Positions 33,584 through 44,758 of a stretch of DNA of 64,000 bases are shown here, piece after piece; the first letter of the stretch is position 1, and each line of letters begins with the position of its first letter. Below the pieces are notes generated by a model that worked only from the letters and a program-made list of their open reading frames with translations, did not search any database and was not told the DNA's origin. Location: positions 770,278-834,277 of the forward strand of contig CAWBXO010000004.1 in NCBI GenBank assembly GCA_963792785.1, given 5' to 3'. The position numbers were made by a program, and so were the translations under genes. The stretch comes from an uncultured Acidobacteriota bacterium (lineage in GTDB: Bacteria; Acidobacteriota; Vicinamibacteria; Vicinamibacterales; CAVVIG01).

Positions 33584-36058
33584 CTATTCCGACCGGAGCG
33601 ACTCGAGGGGCGCCACGCGCGCCGCCCGGCGCGCCGGCAGGTAGCACGCCACGAGCGTCGCCGCGAGCAGCGCGCCCACCGCGGCGGCGAGCGCGACGGG
33701 ATCGAACGGGCTCACGCCGTAGAGCAGGCCGCCGACCAGCTGGCCGACGCCGGCGGCGAGCAGCACGCCGACGAGCAGCCCGGCGGCCGCCGTGCGGAAC
33801 CCCTCCCCGACCACCAGCCTGATCACGTCGCCCGGTGTGGCGCCGAGGGCCAGACGGATGCCGAGCTCACGGGTCCGGCGCGACACGTCGTACGCCTTGA
33901 GGCCGTAGACGCCGAGCGCCGCCAGGAACAGCGCGAGGCCGCCGAAGGTCGCGAACGTCACCGCGCCGGCGCGCACGGCCCATTCCGAGATGCTGGCGTC
34001 GCGGTGCATCGTGAGCGTGCGCGCCGTCAGGATCGGCAATCGCGCGTCGAGGTCGCGCAACTCGCGCTGCAGCGTGCCGAGCATCGCGCGATCGTCGACC
34101 GTCGGCGCGGTGCTGACGTGCAGGGTCATCGCGGCCCGGAAGTGCGGGCCGAGCGACACGTACACGTGCGGCCGCGGCTCGATCTCGAACAGGTCGTTGC
34201 GCACGGTGGGCACGACGCCCTCGATCTGCAGGGTCTCGGCGTCGGCGCCTTGGCGCACGCGGATCTGGAAGAGCCGCCCGAGCGGGTCCTCGTCCCCGAA
34301 CAGCTGCCGCGCGAGCTGCGTGTCGATCACCGCCGGGTGCGAGCCGGCCGCCGGCTCGTCCTCCGACGGCAGGAACCCGCGGCCGCGGAGCACGGGCAGC
34401 CGCAGGGTGTCGAAGTAGCCGGCGCTGACGATCGTGTACTCGGCGGCGACGCTCAGGTCGCGGCCCGGCAGTGTGACGGTGCCATCTTCGCTCAGATCGC
34501 CGAATGGCACGGCCGACGCGAGGCTGGCCTGATCGACGCCAGGCGTCGCGCGGACGCGGTCGAGCACGCGCTGGAACGCCGCACGCGTGCCGGCCTCGTC
34601 GTATCCGGCGAGGCTCGGATCGAGATCGATCACCAGTTCGTGCGCGATCGGAAAGCCCGGGTCCGCCGCGGCGGCCCGCAGGGCCGAGCGCGTGAACAGC
34701 GCGCCGACGGCGACGAGCGCCAGCGAGACGGCGAGCTGGCCGGCGACGAGCAGACGCCCGCGGCGCCGCCCGGTCACGCGCGTCGCGTCGTCCCGCGCGT
34801 CGGCCAGCGCCGCCGGGCGCGAGAGCGCCCACGCGGGGCCGAGGGCGAAGAACACGGTGCTCAGGATCGCGAAACCGCCCGCGGCGAACAGCGTGCGGGA
34901 CGACGGCTCGACGATGAGCGCGACGCCGAGCGGCAAGGCGGTCGAGAGCCAGAGCGTCAGCGCGCCCGTCGCCCACCGCGCGAACACGATGCCGGCGAGC
35001 GCGCCCCCGAGCGAGAGCAGGAAGCCCTCGGCGACCATCTGCTGGACGATCCGGCGGCGGCTGCTGCCGAGGGCCTGGCGGATGGCCATCTCGTGGCGCC
35101 GGGACGCGCCGCGCGCGAGGAGCAGGTTCGCCAGGTTGAGGCACGCGACGAGAAGGACGAGCGCGGACATCAGCAGGAGCAGCGTTGAAGTGGTCGACGT
35201 CCAGCGCTCGGTGAGCGGCCGTGAGGCGACCGAGAGCCGCGGCAGGCTGGCCAGGATGAACGTCCGCCGGCCTTCCGGGCCTGGCAGCTCGGCCTCGAGC
35301 TCACGCGCCGAGCGCTCGAGGCCCTGCTCGGCCGCCGCCCGCGACAGGCCGGGCTTGAGCGCGCCCGCGATGTTGAGCGCGTAGTTGCGGCGCCCCCCCA
35401 GGCCGCCCGCCCCCTGCTGGAACATGTCGTTCACGAGCACGTCGTAGGCGCCCAGCGGGAACCACCACTCCGGCGAGAGGATCGTGAACGTGCCGGCGAA
35501 CCCCTTCGGCGCGATGCCGACCACCGTGAAGGGCAAGCCGTTGACGTCGACCGTGCTGCCGAGGAACGCCGCGTCGAGGCCGTGGCGGCGCCACTCGGCA
35601 TAGGACGCGATCGTGACGGACGGCGCCGAGCCGGGCCGCTCCTCCTCGAGCGTGAACGCGCGGCCGGCGGCAAGGCCGACACCGAGCGTCGTGAAGTAGT
35701 TCGACGAGGCGAGCTCGACGAAGTTGCGCCTCGTCTCCTCGCCGTTCTTCACGCCCACGAGCGCGAACGTGTGAGCCATGAGGCTCTCGAACACGTCGCC
35801 GCGGTCGCGCAGGGCGGTGTATTCGGCGTAGGCGAAATCGCGGTAGGCGTCGGGCTTCTCGCGGTCGCGGTTGAAGACGCCGGTCAGCGTGTCGATGCGG
35901 CCCGGCCGCGGTTGGAGGACGAGGGCGTCGACGGCGGTGAAGACGGCGGTGTTGGCGCCGATGCCGAGCGCGAGCACCAGGATCGCGGCGAGGGAGAACG
36001 CCGGCGCCCGCCGCAGCAGGCGCAGCGCGTATCGGAAGTCCTGGAGCAGGTTCGCCAT
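33584..36058 (-). CDS. ADOP-family duplicated orphan permease (two MacB/FtsX modules), copy 1
   Basis: 824 aa. N-terminus LLQDFRYALRLLRRAPAFS...LGIGANTAVFT. C-terminus ARRAARVAPLESLRSE. Confidence 0.9.
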   Translation of the reverse strand: MANLLQDFRYALRLLRRAPAFSLAAILVLALGIGANTAVFTAVDALVLQPRPGRIDTLTGVFNRDREKPDAYRDFAYAEYTALRDRGDVFESLMAHTFALVGVKNGEETRRNFVELASSNYFTTLGVGLAAGRAFTLEEERPGSAPSVTIASYAEWRRHGLDAAFLGSTVDVNGLPFTVVGIAPKGFAGTFTILSPEWWFPLGAYDVLVNDMFQQGAGGLGGRRNYALNIAGALKPGLSRAAAEQGLERSARELEAELPGPEGRRTFILASLPRLSVASRPLTERWTSTTSTLLLLMSALVLLVACLNLANLLLARGASRRHEMAIRQALGSSRRRIVQQMVAEGFLLSLGGALAGIVFARWATGALTLWLSTALPLGVALIVEPSSRTLFAAGGFAILSTVFFALGPAWALSRPAALADARDDATRVTGRRRGRLLVAGQLAVSLALVAVGALFTRSALRAAAADPGFPIAHELVIDLDPSLAGYDEAGTRAAFQRVLDRVRATPGVDQASLASAVPFGDLSEDGTVTLPGRDLSVAAEYTIVSAGYFDTLRLPVLRGRGFLPSEDEPAAGSHPAVIDTQLARQLFGDEDPLGRLFQIRVRQGADAETLQIEGVVPTVRNDLFEIEPRPHVYVSLGPHFRAAMTLHVSTAPTVDDRAMLGTLQRELRDLDARLPILTARTLTMHRDASISEWAVRAGAVTFATFGGLALFLAALGVYGLKAYDVSRRTRELGIRLALGATPGDVIRLVVGEGFRTAAAGLLVGVLLAAGVGQLVGGLLYGVSPFDPVALAAAVGALLAATLVACYLPARRAARVAPLESLRSE

Positions 36059-36101
36059 GCGGACTAAGACGATCCCGGGCGGTGCCTGGTTCAGAGCACC
36101 C

Positions 36102-36115
36102 GCGGCAATTGCCGC
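36102..36115. promoter_or_regulatory. Perfect 14-bp palindrome in a divergent promoter region
   Basis: GCGGCAATTGCCGC lies between the ADOP-1 start (36058) and the aminotransferase start (36132). The adjacent sequence GGTGCctggttcagaGCACC is also dyadic. Confidence 0.35.
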
Positions 36116-36131
36116 CTCCCCCTCGCGTAAG

Positions 36132-37508
<1,377 letters not shown>

Positions 37509-37517
37509 TCGGCCGCG

Positions 37518-37994
37518 TCAGAACTCGCGCTTGGGCGCGGTCTGTTCCGGGCCCACGCGCCCCGTCGCGATGTCGGCCTTGAAGTAGTTCTCGCCCTTGA
37601 TCGGCGCGCCGGCCAGGCGGCGCAGCATCGTCAACTGACCGACGTGATTCAGCGAGTCGGCGATCGGCCCCTGAAACAGCTTGTCGGCGCCCGCGTGCAG
37701 CGGCTGGTCCGAGGCGAGGTACGCGTCGAACCTCCCGACGGCCGCGAAGAAGCGCGCGACGTCGTCGTCCCACGCGAGCGGCACGGAGTCCTTCCAGGCG
37801 GGCGCGCCCGAGGCCATCGCGTAGGCCCAGTCGTACAGATCACCCATGTGCGCGAGGATCTGCGCGGGCGTGCGCGTGGCGTCGCCGGCGTTGTAGGCCG
37901 CGAAGGATGCCGGGGCGCCGCGCAGGGCCTTGCCCCCGCGATACGCGACCGTCGCCACCGTGTGGCGCAGCAACTCCCGTGCCCCGTCGCTCAT
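37518..37994 (-). CDS. DinB-superfamily-like protein
   Basis: 158 aa with spaced His residues (LRHTV, ILAHMGDL, LNHVGQL). ATGA overlap with the upstream gene. Confidence 0.5.
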   Translation of the reverse strand: MSDGARELLRHTVATVAYRGGKALRGAPASFAAYNAGDATRTPAQILAHMGDLYDWAYAMASGAPAWKDSVPLAWDDDVARFFAAVGRFDAYLASDQPLHAGADKLFQGPIADSLNHVGQLTMLRRLAGAPIKGENYFKADIATGRVGPEQTAPKREF

Positions 37995-38764
37995 CTGGTC
38001 CTCCCGTCGAACACCACGCTGCAGCACGTCACCGCGCCTTCGGCCTTCTGCAGCTCCGAAACGTCCACCGCCAGCACCTCGAGCCCGCGCGCCTCGATCC
38101 GCTGCCGCGTGCGGGGAAACGCCACAGGATAGATCACGCGGCCGCGAATCCGGAGCGAGTTGGCCGCGAACGGCTCCTCGGGATCGACGTCGAGCACCTG
38201 GAAGTCCACGAACGGATCGCGGGACACCCAGGCCGGGTTCATCAGCAGCTGCGCGTCGCCGATGTCGCTGACCGCGGACTTCAGGTGCAGGCACCCGTCG
38301 AGCGGCACGTCGACGACGACGTACCCGAACGGCTCGAGCGCCTGCCGCAGCTGCTCGCGGCCCGAGGCGTTCGACCGGGTGGACGCGCCGACGAACACGC
38401 GGCGCCCCATGACCAGGACGTCGCCGCCGTCGAGCGTGCCCGGGGCCTCGATCCAGCGCGCGGTCCGGAACGGCGCAAGCGCGTCGGCCACCGCCGTCGG
38501 CTCGCCGCGCCGCGACTCGGCGCCCGGCCGCGCGACCACGGCGATCTCGTCGACGACCACAGCCGTGTCCTCCACGAACACGGCATCCGGCATCGTGTCG
38601 TCCGACTCGAGGCGCCGCACCTCACAGCCCGCGTCGCCGAGGGCGCGCTCGTACGCCGCATGCTGCTCGCGCGCCCGCCGGAGATCGATCGGCTGCCGCG
38701 CCAGGTGCGTCAGCTCGCACCGCGCGAAGGCCGGACTGATGTCGCGTGTCAGCGCCACTCGCAT
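37991..38764 (-). CDS. Dimethylarginine dimethylaminohydrolase / amidinotransferase-fold enzyme
   Basis: FVEDTAVVVDEIAVV, LHLKSAV, C-terminal GAVTCCS catalytic Cys. The ATG at 38764 is preferred over the GTG at 38776 inside the repeat. Confidence 0.75.
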   Translation of the reverse strand: MRVALTRDISPAFARCELTHLARQPIDLRRAREQHAAYERALGDAGCEVRRLESDDTMPDAVFVEDTAVVVDEIAVVARPGAESRRGEPTAVADALAPFRTARWIEAPGTLDGGDVLVMGRRVFVGASTRSNASGREQLRQALEPFGYVVVDVPLDGCLHLKSAVSDIGDAQLLMNPAWVSRDPFVDFQVLDVDPEEPFAANSLRIRGRVIYPVAFPRTRQRIEARGLEVLAVDVSELQKAEGAVTCCSVVFDGRTR

Positions 38765-38766
38765 CG

Positions 38767-38808
38767 CACCCAGCACCTAGCACCTAGCACCCAGCACCTA
38801 AAGCACCC
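38767..38808. repeat. 5.7 x 7-nt tandem array spanning the CBS stop codon and the CBS-DDAH spacer
   Basis: Plus strand reads CACCCAG CACCTAG CACCTAG CACCCAG CACCTAA ag CACCC. Sense units are (A/G)GGTGCT. The array ends 2 nt before the DDAH ATG. Confidence 0.9.
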
Positions 38809-40163
38809 GAATCATGTCCGATCGCGTGATGATGAACGTCTTGTTGCGCTGGAAGTCCCGCACGAGCACCGCCCGGTTCGTCGGCGTGATCATCGTCGCG
38901 AGGAGGTCCACGGGCGTCGAGACGTCGACGAAGGGGAACGCCGGCTCCATGATCGTCTCGACCGGCTCGTTCTTGACGTGCGGATTCTCGAGCAGCGCCT
39001 CGTAGAGCCGGCCCTCGCTGAGGGCGCCCACGATGCGCTGGTCGTGGGTGATCGTGACCTGCGAGTAATCGCGCTCGCTCATGATCCTCTGGGCGTGCTC
39101 GACCGGCTCGTTGCACTCGATCGACAGCACCTCGCCCGACAGGCCCTTGGCGACGAGGTCGCGCGCCGTCAGGCCCGTCTTCTCGAAGAAGCCCTTCTCG
39201 CGCATCCAGTCGTCGTTGAACATCTTGCCCAGGTAGCGCGTGCCGTGGTCGTGGAAGATGACCACGATGAGATCGTCCTTCGTGAAACGATCGGCCATCT
39301 GCAGCAGGCCCGCCATCGCCGCCCCGGCCGAGTTGCCCGCGAAGATCCCCTCCTCGCGCGTGATGCGGCGCGTCATGACCGCCGCGTCCTTGTCGGTGAC
39401 CTTCTCGAAGTGATCGATGACGTCGAAGTCCACGTTCTTGGGCAGGAAGTCCTCGCCGATCCCCTCGGTGATGTACGGGTAGATCTCGTGCTTGTCGAGG
39501 ATCCCGGTCTCCTTGTACTTCGTGAAGACCGAGCCATAGGTATCGATGCCGAGCACCTGAACGGCGGGATTCCGTTCCTTGAGGTAGCGCCCCGTGCCCG
39601 TCGCCGTGCCCCCGGTGCCAACGCCGACCACGAGGTGCGTGATCCGGCCGTCGGTCTGCTCCCAGATCTCGGGGCCCGTCTGCTCGTAGTGCGCGGCCGC
39701 GTTGGCCGGGTTGTCGTACTGGTTCGCCTTCCAGCCGTTGGGCGTCTCGGCCTCCAGGCGCGACGACACGGAATAGTACCGAGCGCGGGTCCTCCGGCTC
39801 GACGTTCGTCGGGCAGACGATCACCTCGGCGCCGAACGCCCGCAGCGCGTCGATCTTCTCCTTCGACTGCTTGTCCGTCGTCGTGAACACGCACCGGTAG
39901 CCCTTCACCACCGCGGCGATGGCCAGGCCCATGCCCGTGTTGCCCGACGTGCCCTCGATGATCGTGCCGCCGGGCTTCAGCGCGCCCGAGCGTTCGGCCT
40001 CTTCGATCATCCGGAGCGCCATGCGGTCCTTGATCGAATGGCCCGGGTTGAACGTCTCGAGCTTGACGAGGACCGCGGCCGGGATGCGGCCGCGGGTGAG
40101 GCGGTTCACGCGGACGAGGGGGGTATGGCCGATGGTCTCGAGGATGGTCGGGCGGATGTCCAC
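38798..40163 (-). CDS. Cystathionine beta-synthase-type PLP enzyme with C-terminal CBS-domain pair; apparent 1-nt insertion near 39779-39780
   Basis: N-terminal part is ETIGHTPLVRVN ... NPGHSIKDR ... GTSGNTG. After PEDPRS the frame shifts. Deleting a G in TCG-G-TAC gives SYYSVSSRLEAETPNGWKANQYDNPAN and continues to the end. Length minus 1 nt is divisible by 3. Confidence 0.85.
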
Positions 40164-40189
40164 AGTGACCCAAGGATAGCGTGTTGAAG

Positions 40190-40195
40190 GATAAT
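40190..40195 (+). promoter_or_regulatory. Candidate -10 hexamer GATAAT, 6 nt before the ATG at 40202 (possible leaderless transcript)
   Basis: The divergent spacer is only 38 nt and there is no SD-like purine run before the ATG. Confidence 0.25.
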
Positions 40196-40201
40196 TCCGC
40201 C

Positions 40202-42616
40202 ATGCACTCGGGCGGCTCCCACCGCAGGCTCCCACTGCTCCTGCTCCTGTTCGTCGCGAGCGGCGCCGCCGCCCTCGTCTACGAAATCGTGTGGTTCCAG
40301 CTGCTGGAGCTGGTCATCGGCTCTTCGGCCGTGTCGCTCGGCGTTCTGCTGGCGACGTTCATGGGCGGGATGTTCCTCGGCAGCCTGCTGGTGGCGAGGC
40401 TCGTCGGCGGCGCGCGCCATCCCCTCCGCGTCTACGCGGCCATCGAACTCGGCATCGGCGTGTGCGGCCTCCTGGTGCTCGCCGGCATGCCGGCCATCGG
40501 CGGGCTCTACACCACCGCCGTCGGGCACGGCCTGCCCAGCCTGATCCTCAGGAGCCTCGTCTGCATCGTCTGCCTGCTGCCGCCCACGGTGCTCATGGGG
40601 GCGACGCTGCCCGCCGTGTCGCGCTGGCTCGACTCGACACCCGAGGGGTCGTCGCGCCTCGGCCTGCTCTACGCCGCGAACATCGTCGGCGGCGTGCTCG
40701 GCTGCGCGGTGGCCGGGTTCTACCTGCTGCGAGTGTTCGACACCGCGATCGCGACGTACACGGCCGTGGCGCTGAACGCGCTGGTGGCGGCGGTCGCCCT
40801 CGGCCTCGCGCGGGCGGACCGCCAGGCGCCGGCCAACGCCGACGATCCAGTCACGCCGGAGGCGCCGAACGCGCTGGACGCGCCGCACCGGCTGCCCTTC
40901 GTGCTCGCCGCCATCGGACTCTCGGGCCTCGCGGCCCTCGGCGCCGAAGTGGTGTGGACGCGCTTCCTCGCGCTGATGATGGGCGCGACCGTCTACACGT
41001 TCTCGATCATCCTCGCCGTGTTCCTGCTCGGCCTGGGCCTCGGCAGCGGCGGCGGCGCCTGGCTCGCCCGGCGCGTGCGGCCGGCGATCGCCCTCGGCTG
41101 GTGCCAGCTGGCCGCGGCGATCGGGATCGCCTGGACCGCGTACGCGCTGGCGCGCGTGCTGCCGGGGTGGACCACCGAGGCCGTGACGACCGATCCCTGG
41201 ACGCTCTTCCGCTTCGATACCCTGCGCTGCCTGTGGGCCATCTTCCCCGCCACGCTGTGCTGGGGCGCGAGCTTCCCCCTCGCGCTCGCCGCGGTGGCGC
41301 GCCGGGGCGCCGACCCCGCGCGGACGGTCGGCGCCGTCTACGCGGCGAACACGCTGGGCGCCATCGCCGGCTCCCTCGGCTTCAGCATGCTCGTCGTGCC
41401 GGCCGCCGGCACCCAGACCGCCGAGCGCGCGCTGGTCGTCGTGTCGGCGCTGGCCGCGATCGCCGTGCTGATGCCCGCCCTCGACACGATTCGACAGGCC
41501 GCGGCGGGGGGCGTCGTCGGCGTCGCGACGGTCGCGGCGGCGCTCAGCGTGCCCGCGCTCCCGCCGATCGTCGTGGCGTACGGCCGCTCGGTCACGCAGG
41601 ACGAGTCGATCGACGTCCTCTACGTCGGCGAGGGCATGAGCTCATCGGTCGCGGTGACCGAGCTGGCGAACGGCGTGCGCAACTTCCACGTGACCGGCAA
41701 GATCGAGGCGTCCACCGAGCCGCAGGACATGCACCTCCAGCGCATGCTCGGCAACCTCCCGGCGCTGCTGCATCCGGATCCGAAATCCGTGCTGGTCGTG
41801 GGCTTCGGCGCCGGCGTGACGGCCGGCTCCTTCGTGCCGTACCGAGGCGTCGAGCGCATCGACATCTGCGAGATCGAGCCGCTCATCGTCAGGCACGTCG
41901 CGCCGTTCTTCGCCGTCGAGAACCAGCACGTCCTCGACGACCCGCGCGTCACCGTGACCATCGACGACGCGCGGCACTTCGTGCGGACGACCGACCGGAC
42001 GTTCGACGTGATCACGTCGGATCCCATTCACCCCTGGGTGAAGGGCGCCGCGACGCTGTACACGCGCGAGTACTTCGAGTTCGTGAAGGCGCACCTGAAT
42101 CCAGGCGGGATCGTGTCGCAGTGGGTGCCGCTCTATGAGAGCTCGACGGACGTGGTGAAGAGCGAGATCGCCACGTTCTTCGACGTCTTCCCGAACGGCA
42201 CGGTGTGGGCGAACAACAACAACGGGCAGGGCTACGACGTGGTCCTCATCGGCCAGGTGGAGCCGCTGACGATCGACGTGGACGCCATCGACCGGCGCCT
42301 GCACGACGCGCGGCAGCCGGACGTCCAGGCCGCGCTCGGCGGCGTGGGCATCGCGTCGGCCGTCGACCTGCTCGGCACCTACGCCGGCCGCGCGACCGAG
42401 CTGGGCCCGTGGCTCGCCGGCGCCGTCATCAACCGTGACCGCAGCCTGCGCCTGCAGTATCTCGCGGGGCTCCGCCTGAACACGTACGAAAGCGACGAGA
42501 TCTACAAGGAGATCGTGAGCTACCGCGCCTTTCCGGACGATCTCTTCGCAGGGGAAGACGACACGCTGCGGCGCCTGCGGCAGGCGATCGAGCAGCAGAC
42601 GTGGATCGTGGAGTAG
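40202..42616 (+). CDS. Fused polytopic membrane domain / spermidine-synthase-like aminopropyltransferase
   Basis: About 450 aa of TM helices, then VLVVGFGAGVTAG (SAM fold), DVITSDPIHPW and a TPR-like tail. Confidence 0.8.
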   Translation: MHSGGSHRRLPLLLLLFVASGAAALVYEIVWFQLLELVIGSSAVSLGVLLATFMGGMFLGSLLVARLVGGARHPLRVYAAIELGIGVCGLLVLAGMPAIGGLYTTAVGHGLPSLILRSLVCIVCLLPPTVLMGATLPAVSRWLDSTPEGSSRLGLLYAANIVGGVLGCAVAGFYLLRVFDTAIATYTAVALNALVAAVALGLARADRQAPANADDPVTPEAPNALDAPHRLPFVLAAIGLSGLAALGAEVVWTRFLALMMGATVYTFSIILAVFLLGLGLGSGGGAWLARRVRPAIALGWCQLAAAIGIAWTAYALARVLPGWTTEAVTTDPWTLFRFDTLRCLWAIFPATLCWGASFPLALAAVARRGADPARTVGAVYAANTLGAIAGSLGFSMLVVPAAGTQTAERALVVVSALAAIAVLMPALDTIRQAAAGGVVGVATVAAALSVPALPPIVVAYGRSVTQDESIDVLYVGEGMSSSVAVTELANGVRNFHVTGKIEASTEPQDMHLQRMLGNLPALLHPDPKSVLVVGFGAGVTAGSFVPYRGVERIDICEIEPLIVRHVAPFFAVENQHVLDDPRVTVTIDDARHFVRTTDRTFDVITSDPIHPWVKGAATLYTREYFEFVKAHLNPGGIVSQWVPLYESSTDVVKSEIATFFDVFPNGTVWANNNNGQGYDVVLIGQVEPLTIDVDAIDRRLHDARQPDVQAALGGVGIASAVDLLGTYAGRATELGPWLAGAVINRDRSLRLQYLAGLRLNTYESDEIYKEIVSYRAFPDDLFAGEDDTLRRLRQAIEQQTWIVE

Positions 42617-43489
42617 TCAGTGCGTCATGGCGTACAGCAGCGCGTCGACGCCCAGCGCGTAGCCGTCCGGCGAGAACTGCAGGAAGAACTCGTGATCCTC
42701 GGCCTCGCGCTCCCAGGAGTCGCCGACGTCGGTGTTGTGCGTCATGAGCACCATGATGCGGCCCTGCTCGTTGGCGATCATCCTGAGATCGGCGTGCGGG
42801 CTGTCGGCGCCGCGCTCCGACGTGATGAGCCCGCCTGAGCTGCGCCAGAACTGGATGTTCGTGATCTGCGGAATCTTCGTCACGTCGTAGAGCGTGTGCA
42901 GGAGCGGGTGGTCGAGCGGCACGTCCTCGATCGGATATTCCGGCAGCACCTGCCCGATCTCGCTCGACCAGGCGCGCCACGCCGGCGTGCCCCAGAAGTC
43001 ATCCACCCAGAGGAATCCGCCCTTCAGCAGGTACTCGCGAAGCCGCGCGCGTTCCTCCGGGGAGAACGCCAGCGTGCCCACATCGGACGCCGCCACGAAC
43101 GGGCAATCGAAGAGCGCGTCGTCGGTGGCGTGCACGACCCAGCGGTACGGGTTGCCGTCCTCGTCGTGGCTGATCGGCGTCTTGGTGAGCTCGCCGAGCC
43201 GCGTGCTCAGGTTGATGCCCGCGTACGGGTAGTCGGTCGCCCAGCCGACGCCCATGTCCTCGTAGCGGACCTGCGTGTACATCAGCTTGCAGAACGTGAA
43301 CGCACCGTCCGAGAAGTGTGCGACGGGAGGAAAGACGGGCGGGATGCTGCCCTCGCGGAAGCCGTAGCCGCCGAAACCGCCGCCGCCGCGGCGCCGCTGG
43401 CGGCCGAACTGCGCCGACGCCGCCGCGGCGAGCGCCACGACGAGCACGGATGCGATCGCGACCACGAGCCGGCGGCGGCCCGAGAACAT
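42617..43489 (-). CDS. Secreted DUF4159-like protein
   Basis: Signal peptide, then FTFCKLMY...VGWATDYPYAGINL and GGFLWVDDFWG. The family assignment is from memory. Confidence 0.45.
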   Translation of the reverse strand: MFSGRRRLVVAIASVLVVALAAAASAQFGRQRRRGGGGFGGYGFREGSIPPVFPPVAHFSDGAFTFCKLMYTQVRYEDMGVGWATDYPYAGINLSTRLGELTKTPISHDEDGNPYRWVVHATDDALFDCPFVAASDVGTLAFSPEERARLREYLLKGGFLWVDDFWGTPAWRAWSSEIGQVLPEYPIEDVPLDHPLLHTLYDVTKIPQITNIQFWRSSGGLITSERGADSPHADLRMIANEQGRIMVLMTHNTDVGDSWEREAEDHEFFLQFSPDGYALGVDALLYAMTH

Positions 43490-43547
43490 GCGTGTAGTCT
43501 AGCCCGGATCCATCCCGGGTAGGATGGGCGCTGACGGGGGACGGGGC

Positions 43548-44123
43548 ATGACCAAGGGACGGCTCGAGGCGTTCAGCGACGGCGTACTGGCGATTCTCAT
43601 CACCATCATGGTGCTGGAGCTGAAGATTCCCGCGGGGGACGTCTGGGCCGCGCTCTCGGCCACGCTGCCGGCGTTCCTGATGTACGTGCTCAGCTTCCTC
43701 TACCTCGGCATCTACTGGACGAACCATCACCACCTGCTCCAGGCAGCCCATCGCGTCACCGGCGGCATTCTCTGGGCGAACCTGCACCTGCTCTTCTGGC
43801 TCTCGCTGGTCCCGATCACGACGAGCTGGATGGGCGAGCACTGGCGTGAGCCGATCCCGACGGCGGTGTACGGCGTCGTCCTGCTCCTGGCGGGGATTGC
43901 CTACTACGTGCTGCAGACGCTGATCGTCAGGGCGGAGGGCCTGGACTCACGCCTGCGCGCGGCGCTCGGCCGGGACCTGAAGGGCAAGATCTCGCCGGTC
44001 CTGTATCTGATCGCCGTGCTGCTCGCGTTCGTCAGGCCGGCGGCCGCCGACGCGATCTACATCCTCGTCGCGCTGACGTGGCTCGTGCCCGACCGGCGCA
44101 TCGAGCACGTCATCGCGCCATAA
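43548..44123 (+). CDS. TMEM175-family (DUF1211) potassium channel
   Basis: Signature RLEAFSDGVLAILITIMVLEL and six hydrophobic helices. Confidence 0.75.
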   Translation: MTKGRLEAFSDGVLAILITIMVLELKIPAGDVWAALSATLPAFLMYVLSFLYLGIYWTNHHHLLQAAHRVTGGILWANLHLLFWLSLVPITTSWMGEHWREPIPTAVYGVVLLLAGIAYYVLQTLIVRAEGLDSRLRAALGRDLKGKISPVLYLIAVLLAFVRPAAADAIYILVALTWLVPDRRIEHVIAP

Positions 44124-44142
44124 CCGGCGGCTCGGCCGGGGA

Positions 44143-44733
44143 TCACTCGCCGAGCACGAGGCCGTGGCGATCGAACAGGGCGGCCGCCTCGGCGTGCGCC
44201 CGCCGCGCGCGCGCGGTCACAGTCTCGACGAGCCTGAGGATCGGCTGCTCGCGATCGAACTGGCTCTGGAAGTCGAAGGCCGCGACCTCGAGCGGGCTCT
44301 GCGCGTAGCCGTGCTCGAGGAGACCCACGGCGTAGGTCAGCATGTACGGGGTCGGGCCGAGCGCGGCCCACTGCACGGCGTGCACCAGTTCGTGGAAATG
44401 CACGCTCTCGGTGGCCTGCTCCTCGTGGACCACGCAGAGGCGATCGAGGGTGATGCCGGCGGCGGCCATCTGCTCGAGGCTGGCGAACTCCGGCAGGCCG
44501 AAGCGCGACAACGGGGGAAGCGGAATCCGGGGGACGGTCGCGACGCGCGTCTGGGTCAGCCACGGCTCGGGAAAGTACGCGGGCAGGCGTTCGAAGCCAG
44601 AATCGCCGACGGGATGCGATTGCGGCGCGATCTCCGCCGCCACGCCCTGCATCCAGGCGGCGATCGGCGCCGCCGCGTCGTTCATCCGCTGGAGGAGATC
44701 GGCCTTCTTGGCATCCGCGCTGGCATTCGCCAC
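44143..44733 (-). CDS. Hypothetical protein with an HExxH motif (HFHELVHAVQW)
   Basis: 196-aa ORF with coding-like composition. No family recognised. Confidence 0.5.
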   Translation of the reverse strand: MANASADAKKADLLQRMNDAAAPIAAWMQGVAAEIAPQSHPVGDSGFERLPAYFPEPWLTQTRVATVPRIPLPPLSRFGLPEFASLEQMAAAGITLDRLCVVHEEQATESVHFHELVHAVQWAALGPTPYMLTYAVGLLEHGYAQSPLEVAAFDFQSQFDREQPILRLVETVTARARRAHAEAAALFDRHGLVLGE

Positions 44734-44758
44734 CCGGACGATTTTACCGGCCTCCGCC

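Noticed and set aside
42614-42619. Convergent genes abutting with 0-10 nt between stops, with no room for terminators (42616/42617, 33580/33584, 29123/29126, 37508/37518).
   Set aside because: This is common in compact GC-rich genomes and not informative by itself.
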